This document shows, piece after piece, positions 50,634 through 60,200 of a stretch of 64,000 nucleotides of DNA. Source of the stretch: a virus. Lineage: Duplodnaviria > Caudoviricetes. A program made the translations under genes and the position numbers. The notes under the pieces were generated by a model. The model was not told the DNA's origin and searched no databases. It worked only from the letters and a program-made list of their open reading frames with translations. Where the stretch lies: IMG/VR virus record IMGVR_UViG_3300016486_001578; one strand, written 5' to 3'. The number at the start of each line of letters is the position of its first letter. The stretch's first letter is position 1.

Positions 50634-52554
50634 TTTATATGAATTATCAAAAAATATAAATATTTTAGAATCAGACATCCGTGTATCTACCCCAGGTGGA
50701 TTGAAAAAGGTTTTTGCTGTTGATATAACAGCAAAAAATAGCGATGTGTTTTCTATAAAAGTTAATAAACATGAACTACTTTGCTCACCAGATCATCTAA
50801 TAAGATCAGAAGATATGTGGGTTAAATCTAAAGATTTAAAAATAAATTCCGTAATAGATACAAAATATGGCAAACTTACTGTTAAGGAGATATCAATTTT
50901 GGATATAAAGAGTGATTTGATGGATTTACATGTGGATGGTAGTGAATATTACACTAATGATATAATTAGTCACAACTCATCACTATTAGATTCTTTTGAC
51001 TTTACTCTATTTGGTAAAGTCAGGGGCAAAAAGAAAAAGTGGAGCACACTATCAACACTCGTTAATAGAATTAATGGAGAATTACTTAATTGTATAAGTT
51101 TCAACTCAAATGGAGTTGATGTTGAGGTAAAAAGAGGAATATCACCAAATAAACTGGAGCTTTGGGAAAATAATGTTCTAAATGAGAGAGCGGGCAAATC
51201 AAATATTGATGAAAAAATAGAAAAATATGTTGGTATGGATATTGAGACATTCAAATCATTCATTTCTATGTCTATAAATGATTTTAAGAACTTTATATCA
51301 TTAACAAACGAAGAGAAGAAAATATTACTCGATAAGTTATTTAACTTAGAGGTTATAAATATACTTAATAATATTCTGAAAGAAATAAACAAGGATAATA
51401 AAACAAGGATGGCTATACTAGACTCTGAGATTCGAACATTGGAAGAATCTATATCTTCTATGCAAATTTCTATAAAGAAATCTATTGAAAAGGAGAAACT
51501 AAATACAGAACAAGAGTTGGGAGAATTAGTTTCTTTGGTTGAGTCCAAGAAATCTGATTATATAACTATAAAAGAAAAGGTTGAAAAAGTAAAAGACAAA
51601 GAACAGATACTAAAAAAAGAAATTGATATAGAAAATAGGCAACTAATTAATATACAAAATGATGTTAAGAACTCAAATAGAGAAATATCATTATATGACT
51701 CTGGTAAATGCCCTACTTGTTCTACCGATTTTAATACAGACCATTTTCTAAACCTCAGAAGTTTGTTGGTCGAAAAAAGAGATGGTCATAATCTTCTTTT
51801 AGAAGAAGTTAAAACAAATATATCTAATATAAAGGCTAAGCAAGTTAAATTAAGGTCTATTGGTGATAAGATAAATTCATCATTTAGTGATATTAATTAT
51901 CTATTAAGAAGTTATAAATCAAAAATAGATGAATTAAAATCTAAAAGTAAAGATAAAAAAGATTCTGTTAATGTAGAAGAGTTTGAGAAGACAATTTCAG
52001 AAATGGATGAAAAAAAGAATAATTCACATACAAAAATTTCTGATTGTAAAGAAAAAGAATTATATTATAAAGAATTGAATAGAATTCTTAGTGAAGGCGG
52101 GGTTAAAAAATCCATAATATCTGGAATAATAAAGCCAATAAATCACTTTATTGATGAGAATGTTAAAAAAATGAGATTACCTTTTGTTGTTAAATTAAAT
52201 GAGACATTCACTGCTGAGATAAAATCATTAGGTTCTAAAATAGAACATGATACATTATCAACTGGTGAGACAAAAAAGATAAATATTGCTATTTTAATAG
52301 CTTATCTTAAGTTAATAAGAACTAAGAAACACATAAATATATTGTTTCTAGACGAGGTTTTCTCTTCAATTGACTTGGAGGGTATTGACTCTATACTAAC
52401 GCTCTTAAAATCGTTTGCAAACGACTACAACATAAATATATTCGTAGTACATCATGCCATTTTAAGCCAAGAAATGTTTGATAGAATAATAAGTATAAAT
52501 AAAGATGTTTTCTCTTCAATTGAAGAAATAAATTTAGATGAAAATTATGGATAA
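50611..52554 (+). CDS. sbcC: 122-aa split-intein C-part plus SbcC/Rad50 C-terminal fragment
   Basis: VSTPGG, CSPDH, LMDL, YYTNDIISHN (ends 50976)|SSLLDS; coiled coil with CPTC zinc hook; LSTGE signature and LFLDE Walker B. Confidence 0.92.
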   Translation: MLTLKIGDLYELSKNINILESDIRVSTPGGLKKVFAVDITAKNSDVFSIKVNKHELLCSPDHLIRSEDMWVKSKDLKINSVIDTKYGKLTVKEISILDIKSDLMDLHVDGSEYYTNDIISHNSSLLDSFDFTLFGKVRGKKKKWSTLSTLVNRINGELLNCISFNSNGVDVEVKRGISPNKLELWENNVLNERAGKSNIDEKIEKYVGMDIETFKSFISMSINDFKNFISLTNEEKKILLDKLFNLEVINILNNILKEINKDNKTRMAILDSEIRTLEESISSMQISIKKSIEKEKLNTEQELGELVSLVESKKSDYITIKEKVEKVKDKEQILKKEIDIENRQLINIQNDVKNSNREISLYDSGKCPTCSTDFNTDHFLNLRSLLVEKRDGHNLLLEEVKTNISNIKAKQVKLRSIGDKINSSFSDINYLLRSYKSKIDELKSKSKDKKDSVNVEEFEKTISEMDEKKNNSHTKISDCKEKELYYKELNRILSEGGVKKSIISGIIKPINHFIDENVKKMRLPFVVKLNETFTAEIKSLGSKIEHDTLSTGETKKINIAILIAYLKLIRTKKHINILFLDEVFSSIDLEGIDSILTLLKSFANDYNINIFVVHHAILSQEMFDRIISINKDVFSSIEEINLDENYG

Positions 52555-52921
52555 TATAAATGAACTTATAAGAGAGGTTTTTAGTATAGATTTTTATAAA
52601 AAATTGTATATGAAAGCAATGCCAAGACAAAAAAATATTGCTGCGGTTTTACAGAGATATGAAGATGCGGCTAGGTTTAGAGATAGAGAAAAAAATGCAG
52701 ATTCAGTGAATTCTGTTTTATATGACTTTGAAATACATAAAATGGATGTTAATAAAACAAATTATTACTTATCAACCCCAGATACAACAAATAAATATCT
52801 ATATTTAGAGAAGCTATTTATGGAAAAATTTACTATACAAATTAGAGGAATGTCTGAGCAATCTTTGATTAAAAAACTAAGAGGATATAATATATCAAGG
52901 ATATTTGATGAAAAAGAATAA
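52538..52921 (+). CDS. Hypothetical protein (paralog of the next ORF)
   Basis: K.IA...QRYEDA...RD.E motif shared with 52905..53234. Confidence 0.6.
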   Translation: MKIMDNINELIREVFSIDFYKKLYMKAMPRQKNIAAVLQRYEDAARFRDREKNADSVNSVLYDFEIHKMDVNKTNYYLSTPDTTNKYLYLEKLFMEKFTIQIRGMSEQSLIKKLRGYNISRIFDEKE

Positions 52922-53234
52922 TATGGAAAAAGGAATAGATATTATGATAATTGATAGGTTAGAAGCAACTAAGAATAAGAAAATAGCAGTTGATATTCAA
53001 AGATATGAAGATGCTACTAATCAAAGAGATAAGGAAAGATCAATCGACTTGGAGATATACTCAATCCTTAGTGGTGAAGTCGGTGAAGACAATGTAATTA
53101 ATCCCATTGATGTCATAGAATATATAAACGAATATTTATTAGAGAAGTATGGTTTAACTATGGCGAATAGTAGTGAATTATTACTTACACTGATTAGACA
53201 AATTAAGTTAGGAAAAATATTAGAAAATGAATAA
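52905..53234 (+). CDS. Hypothetical protein (paralog of the previous ORF)
   Basis: KKIAVDIQRYEDATNQRDKER. Confidence 0.6.
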   Translation: MMKKNNMEKGIDIMIIDRLEATKNKKIAVDIQRYEDATNQRDKERSIDLEIYSILSGEVGEDNVINPIDVIEYINEYLLEKYGLTMANSSELLLTLIRQIKLGKILENE

Positions 53235-53262
53235 ATAAATATATAAAATAAAAAAGAAATAA

Positions 53263-53451
53263 ATGTTAAAGATAATAGTAGGAAAAAACGAATCAATAGA
53301 TAAGGCAGTAAAAAGATATAAGAGAAAATATGATAGCACTAAGATGTCTAGAGAAATAAGAGACAGAAGGGAATTTAAAAAGAAATCTGTTAAGAAAAGA
53401 GAAGAAAAACAAAAAGCGATCTTCATAAGAAAGAAGTATGGTGAAGACTAA
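53263..53451 (+). CDS. rpsU: Phage-encoded ribosomal protein bS21
   Basis: IIV..NESIDKAVKRYKRK......EIRDRREFKKKSVKKREE, 62 aa. Confidence 0.88.
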   Translation: MLKIIVGKNESIDKAVKRYKRKYDSTKMSREIRDRREFKKKSVKKREEKQKAIFIRKKYGED

Positions 53452-54164
53452 TGGATAGAAATAAAGATTATTATAAAATATTAGATATCCCAAGAGATTC
53501 TGATAGTAATAAAATAAAAAAAACTTATTATAAGCTATCCTTCAAACACCACCCGGATCAAAATAAAGATGTTGATGTTGATCTATTTAATAAAATAACA
53601 GAGGCGTATAAAGTTTTATCTGACGAATCCAAAAGGGATGAGTATGATAAGAAATCTAAATGGGGCCAATATTATAATGAGTATTATGAGCTATTTGATA
53701 TTGATATCGAACTAGACCATGACTATAATAAACAAAAAGTAGAAGATTTTAGAAAAAACCAAGTCTATAATATTCAAATAGAAGTTGATCCTGATACTTT
53801 TGATGGTAACTTGGAATATGAAAGGTGGGTTAAGTGTAAGTCTTGTGACGGAGCTGGCAAAGACCTCTCCTCAAAGATTGTCATAAGAGATAATGATGGT
53901 AATGTAGTTAAAGTTTTTGATGGCGAGGATGGTTGTGATTTCTGTGATGGTACTGGAAAAGACTATAGGGATGAAGATTGTAATTTTTGTTTTGGTAAGG
54001 GAAAAGTTGGCTTAAATAATTGCAAAAGTTGTGATGGTGAAAAAAGAATACTTGGTAATCAAAAATTAAACAATATAAAACTAACCAGCGATAAAACGAG
54101 AATAGAGTCCATGGGTCATTTTTCGAGAGACGGTAAGGTTGGTTACTTATTAATCACCTATTAG
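53451..54164 (+). CDS. dnaJ: DnaJ-like co-chaperone (J domain plus CxxCxGxG zinc finger)
   Basis: DYYKIL, HPD, AYKVLSD..KR..YD and four CxxCxG repeats. Confidence 0.9.
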   Translation: MDRNKDYYKILDIPRDSDSNKIKKTYYKLSFKHHPDQNKDVDVDLFNKITEAYKVLSDESKRDEYDKKSKWGQYYNEYYELFDIDIELDHDYNKQKVEDFRKNQVYNIQIEVDPDTFDGNLEYERWVKCKSCDGAGKDLSSKIVIRDNDGNVVKVFDGEDGCDFCDGTGKDYRDEDCNFCFGKGKVGLNNCKSCDGEKRILGNQKLNNIKLTSDKTRIESMGHFSRDGKVGYLLITY

Positions 54165-57100
54165 ATTTTTACCCACCTCATTTAATACTTCATTTGTTAC
54201 TACTATATTAATAGAATCAAAGCCGATATTTGATTTATCAACAAAGATATAATCATTTTTTACAAAATTTATATATGGTGATGTTCCTTGTAGTGGGACT
54301 TGAACACTTGTATTTATATTTGTGCCATTGAAGTATTTAAAGAATGGTATCATGTCTACCTCATATAATTTTAAGTTATTTATTACAAAACTTGATTGAT
54401 TCTCTCCATAATAACCATTTCCTCTGAATACCATAGATAAATTTCTCTTATTAAAAAAATACTCTACCTTTTTGGTTTTTGGAGTTAATACATGGTGTAT
54501 ATTTTGATACACTGGTAGATGTGTTGATATAACATCATATAAACCTGTGCTAAATGTACCAATATCCGCAAATTCTCTTTTAGTATAATTTAAATTATTG
54601 AAATGTATTAATGGTTCGTTTCTTAGGTAATATTTATTTGTTTTTACATATACAAATGGATCAAATGGTGGGAATGCCGTCTCTTCTATATAACCAAACC
54701 CAGGTGATATTACTATATCACTGAAATAACTATCGATAATATCACTTTTAACTAAATCAAATTCAATAATACTATACCTACTTTTTGAAATATTGTCTAA
54801 ATTTCTATTTACTTCTATTGTTGGGTCTGATATATCTAGAACACCACCTCCAAGTTCGGCCTCTACTCTAAGCTCCTGTCCTAATATTGGATATTGTCCA
54901 TAGTTATTTGTTCTTGAGAATGTTATTGAGAATGCGCTTGATTTAGAATATGTCCACCCAAGATCTAAGAAGTCACTACTATTAACTCCAAAGTATTCCG
55001 TAAAATTAGAAGAATCTCCAATATAATCACTAAATATCTCATACTTGTTTCCTAAATTATATATTCTATTATTTAGTGAATATGAATCTCTAAATTTTGA
55101 CTTACTAGATAATACATCATTTGTTGGATATCCATATAAATTGTTTTCTGAATAAGTTCTCTTTGATACTCCATCGAGTATATTTTGTGGTTTTCCTATA
55201 TTAACAGCACTATCATCATCATATATAGTATCTATCCAAGAATTATATATAAAAACATCCGATGAAATTGTCGAATCTACTGATGTTATTGGTGATATAT
55301 TTTTGCTATCAAATGACATATTTTGTATTATACCATTTCTTATTTCTGTAAAAACACTACCATCTTCATTTGATTGAGGAGATCCGTATTGTTTTTCTAC
55401 CACTATTCGATGTTCATCTATTATTTTTATTACACTAGTTTCTCCATCATAACTAGAATTTACTGATATATTTGATTTTGATATATCAACAGAATCTCCT
55501 ACTTGTAGATTATGTTTTGATGAGAAAGATAACCCTAATTTACTTGGTAATATATCATCATATCTAAATGTTTGACTAAACGATCCAGATATATGTTTTT
55601 CCGAGTTAAAATGACCTCCATCAAATCTACCATCTATCCAATTTGTATTATACATCTCTGTTATTAGTGGATAACCTTTAAATAATCCATTATTCCAAAC
55701 ACCACTAAAATAACCATTTAAGAAAGCGCCAGACAACCAAATATTCTTTGTTACTCTTATCCTATGTAGATTTGAGTCTTTTTCTATTCTTCTCACCGGA
55801 AATTGAGTTTCTATCTCTACTTCTATAAATGATAGATTATCGTCAATTGTTCCTATATTTATTATTCTATATGAGTCTTTCAATAGCCTCCTTTTATTAT
55901 TTATATCTATTGATATTATATTACCAATAGATACGGAATCTCCTATATTAAACTCATCTACTAATTCCTTTCTACCACTTATATTGATCCTCCATCTTAT
56001 ATCAGAAAATACCTTTATGGATTTTATTATTTCATTAAATTCTTTTACTGATTCGTCTTCTCTCCAACCACTATTCCAAACTCCATTTTCCCATATTCCT
56101 GCTTCAAATCTACCATTTCCTATTTTACTTGTTACCTCAGAGGTTATAACATTACCATCATCTGAATTACCACTACCATATGATATAATAAATGAAGCAT
56201 CATTTAGTACCACATCATTAAATGATATATTTATTGGGGAAGCAGAGAATATTTGATTATTTGCTTCGTGATAACCACCTTCTATCTTTAGGTCGGATAT
56301 CTTTATATGTGTTAATAAAGGTGAATCCGGTGTATCAGCAACAATATATAAGTATTTGTTTCCTTTTAGACCATATGATAAGAAAGTCTCATTTTGTGTT
56401 ACGCTTTTTAAAAGAAAGCAATTATTTATAAAATTTTGGAATTCAACTATTGTATTTCCTATAAAAATAACATCCGATATATAGAAATTTACTCCAGCAT
56501 TTATATCATTATTGGGTAGTGCGAATTTAGTAAAAGTGAATTCGATATTAAATATTTGAAAATCTATAAATTTATATAAATAATTTAGATCATTATCAGA
56601 TGTTAGTTTACCATTAAATATGGATTGTGTTAGATTAAATGCTGGTGCTTTATCATCATACCAATAATATGAGTTATCACTTCCTCCATAAAACCAACCA
56701 CTGGATCTATTTGGTTTTTGTGTTGAAGATTGGTTTTGTACAGCATCGCCTATCCAAGAATATCCATTTACGCCCCAATCTATCTGGAATATATCTGATC
56801 TTAATATGTTATACCCACTTGGGTCTATGAATGATGATGTTGCTGTGTGTCTGCAATAATCTGTTGTTGATATATCTGATGGTGGTTTACTATATAAATA
56901 TAAATAACCGTCTGGGTTTGTAGCAAGTGGCCATAGACCTGCGTATTCACTTATATCAAAGCCATCATCAACACTAAAAAACATAGAATCACCCCAATCA
57001 GTAGAAGTTGATATATACTCAGTGGCTGCTCCAAAATTAGCAAGTCCATCTACTTTTAGCCTAAATACATAGTCCTTATCTGATCTGAATATTAATTCGG

Positions 57101-57200
57101 GACCAGAACTAAGTAAACTATTTTCATCCAATAGGTCATCTCTATATATTTCACTAGATGGTGCATCAATGTACCATCCTGATTCGTTAATCCAAGGCAT
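54150..57200 (-). CDS. Large putative virion protein with WxxG repeats
   Basis: 1016 aa; GIWENGVWNSGW and GVWNNGLF. Confidence 0.7.
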   Translation of the reverse strand: MPWINESGWYIDAPSSEIYRDDLLDENSLLSSGPELIFRSDKDYVFRLKVDGLANFGAATEYISTSTDWGDSMFFSVDDGFDISEYAGLWPLATNPDGYLYLYSKPPSDISTTDYCRHTATSSFIDPSGYNILRSDIFQIDWGVNGYSWIGDAVQNQSSTQKPNRSSGWFYGGSDNSYYWYDDKAPAFNLTQSIFNGKLTSDNDLNYLYKFIDFQIFNIEFTFTKFALPNNDINAGVNFYISDVIFIGNTIVEFQNFINNCFLLKSVTQNETFLSYGLKGNKYLYIVADTPDSPLLTHIKISDLKIEGGYHEANNQIFSASPINISFNDVVLNDASFIISYGSGNSDDGNVITSEVTSKIGNGRFEAGIWENGVWNSGWREDESVKEFNEIIKSIKVFSDIRWRINISGRKELVDEFNIGDSVSIGNIISIDINNKRRLLKDSYRIINIGTIDDNLSFIEVEIETQFPVRRIEKDSNLHRIRVTKNIWLSGAFLNGYFSGVWNNGLFKGYPLITEMYNTNWIDGRFDGGHFNSEKHISGSFSQTFRYDDILPSKLGLSFSSKHNLQVGDSVDISKSNISVNSSYDGETSVIKIIDEHRIVVEKQYGSPQSNEDGSVFTEIRNGIIQNMSFDSKNISPITSVDSTISSDVFIYNSWIDTIYDDDSAVNIGKPQNILDGVSKRTYSENNLYGYPTNDVLSSKSKFRDSYSLNNRIYNLGNKYEIFSDYIGDSSNFTEYFGVNSSDFLDLGWTYSKSSAFSITFSRTNNYGQYPILGQELRVEAELGGGVLDISDPTIEVNRNLDNISKSRYSIIEFDLVKSDIIDSYFSDIVISPGFGYIEETAFPPFDPFVYVKTNKYYLRNEPLIHFNNLNYTKREFADIGTFSTGLYDVISTHLPVYQNIHHVLTPKTKKVEYFFNKRNLSMVFRGNGYYGENQSSFVINNLKLYEVDMIPFFKYFNGTNINTSVQVPLQGTSPYINFVKNDYIFVDKSNIGFDSINIVVTNEVLNEVGKNLIGD

Positions 57201-57232
57201 AAACTATATATTAATTTATCATTTCTTAGTTA

Positions 57233-60200
57233 TCACGCACTCAATCCGGTTGAATTACCGCCAAAATAACTATATTGTGTTCCTGATTCCTGGAAAATAT
57301 TCCAAAGATGACAATTTGAATTTTCCGACCAAGACATTCCTCTAAAAATTAACTCCCTTTGGAAATCATCATCGACCATTCCATCATAACTAACATAAGA
57401 TCCATTCCAATTTCCATTTTTCCATATACCATTTTTCCAAAAAATATTAAAAGCATTCATATATTCGCATATACCGTTTTCCCATATCATCCCATATGAA
57501 CTACCTATGTCAAATACCCCGTTTCTCCAATGTGATATATAAAAATCGCTATTATTTAATTTTCCATTTTCCCAATAACAAGTTGAATCATCTAAATTAA
57601 AACTTGGGCTAAATGATCCATTTCTTAGAACATATGGATTAAAAGAACTTTCTATAAAATTACCTCTTTTAAATATACCATCTAACCAAACAGAGTTTCT
57701 GAAATAAGAGTTATCATGCTTAAAGTCGCCTGATAACCAAAGTGCATTTTCAAATATAGCTTCTTTTTTAGTTCTTTTTATTTTGTTTGACTTATCATCT
57801 ACATCACTTACTGATCCATCCCTCCATAAACCATAATATGATTGTGTGAATGAGTTAACAAATATCGATGCATTATCACTTGGTGATGAGCCTCCGTGTG
57901 CTGATGTTGTACCAGATCCATTAAAATATCCATATTTAAATTCTCCTCTATTCCATACTCTTCCTACAAATTTTCCTCCATTGAATGTTCCTTCGAACCA
58001 GGTAGAATTTGTTCCGGTTGACTCATTTCCAAATATACCATCATTGAATGTTCCATTTCTCCAAGAATAACTAGCTCCATCTGATATAGAATTACTATTT
58101 GTCCATCCATATCCTGATGTAAATTTACCACCATTGAATGTACCGTTTTCCCATTTTGCCATAGATATGAACTCACCACCATTAAAGGACCCATTATTCC
58201 ATGTTGCTTCATTTCCTGATTTTTTCTTTTTAAACTGAACATAACTTGATTGTTCATAAACTCCGCTATCATCTGCTATTGTAAAATTAGTCCCATCTAA
58301 AAAAATAGCTTGATTAATTGATATTGAACCACTTCCTCCATCAACTATGCTCCAAAAGTTTGCATTTCTTTTGAAATTACCAAACTTAATTGGCAAAGCA
58401 ATTGAATTATTAACAGTTGCACTTGTTGAAGTGTTATTGTTTAAATAAACATTTAAAGTATCTTTGTATGTATTTACAACATTAAAGGGGAATGTATTTA
58501 TTAAACTTCCATTTTCATATACTAAAAATTCTAAATCACCGCAAATAAATGGTAATGTAAGGTTTAATGTGGTCCCATTAATTTCACTTTCTATAAACCC
58601 ATAGGAGTTAATTATAGCATCTATTAACTCATTAACATTAGTCATTGGAGTATCAAGTTCAAATATATCTGTATATATTTTTAAGTAATACGATATGTTC
58701 CCTGTATTGTTAAATGTTCCAAAATTGAAATTTAAAGAATATTCATTTAATTTATCTAAGTTATTTGTATCATCTGAATACCAATTTATAAAATAAACAC
58801 CATAATTTGTACCAAAAACACCATCATTAAAAACACCATCATTCCAGAAAATTGTTGAACCAGATAATCCATATTCGCTCACATCTGATGCTAATATATT
58901 TGCATTTTCTACTGTTGTGTATTCTATATAAGCATTATAAATACTTGTATCTATTGATCTTATATTCTTATCACCTATTATACCACCATGTATTTCTCCA
59001 TTATAGAACTTAGAATAAGCAAATTTTCCTCCAACAAATGTCCCGTTTTCCCAATCTGATTTTAACATATTACCACCATTGAACCATCCATTTCTCCAAG
59101 AATATCTATTATTTGCTGATGTTGTTTCTCCACTTTTATAATAACTCTTTATTCTATCCATGTCATAATAACCATATTTGGTGTTTGGTAGACCATTGAA
59201 GCTTCTATTATCATAGAATATACCATCATCGAAGGTTCCATTAAACCAAGTGGATTCTCTGAATATACCATTTGAGAATGTTAGTCCTTTCCAAATGCTT
59301 CTGAATACCACTCCATTTTTAAACTCATCACTTCCGTTATTGAATGATGAGTGCAAATAGGTAGATTTTGACAAAATATTACCCGTGTCCTTAAATAATG
59401 AATCGGAAACTACCAATGATTTTATTGAATCAGAATTCATAGGTAGTGCTCTTGTTGTTATGAAATCATCATTCTCTATTAGAGAGTTTGTTATATAAGA
59501 TCTTCTGAATATACCTGATTTTATTTTAGATGAGTCTATTTTTGTACTATGAACATATCCATATCTAATATTCGTATCAGGTGAGCTGAATGTTCCTGAT
59601 GTATCTAGTAGTGTTGATATTATATTAGTTTTAATTTCTTTTATTGATAAAATCCCGGTTATTTTAAAATCATCATTATTTATCTTATATGTATCTCCTA
59701 ATTTGGTCATGTTTCCGGTATTATCTTCATAATATACATTATTTAGATATACTATATTTCCTTTTTTTAGAGAATCTGTTGTTGATTCAAAATTACCAGA
59801 AGAAAATCCAGAATTTGTTGTTATTTCTAATATCGAACTAGATGTTATTGGGGTTATGTTGTATTCACCATTTTGTGATAAACCATCCCACATAACTACA
59901 TCATTATTAAACTCTATATGATCACCACTTATCCAATCACTTGTTTCTATTTTACCACTTTCAAAATCCGCATTCACTATTGATGCATTTGAAATATCAA
60001 CTATGTTCCTTATTTTATTTGTTAGTGTATTACTAGATGTTGCTGAGAGGCTTATATCGTTATTTAATTCTAATCCATAATTTGATATTTCACTAGATGG
60101 TGAGTTTACACCCCCTGATATTGGATTGGAATCTATATCAACAATAGATACAAATATATCTATTGAATATTTTTTTTCTAAATTTTCCTCTATTACCTTT

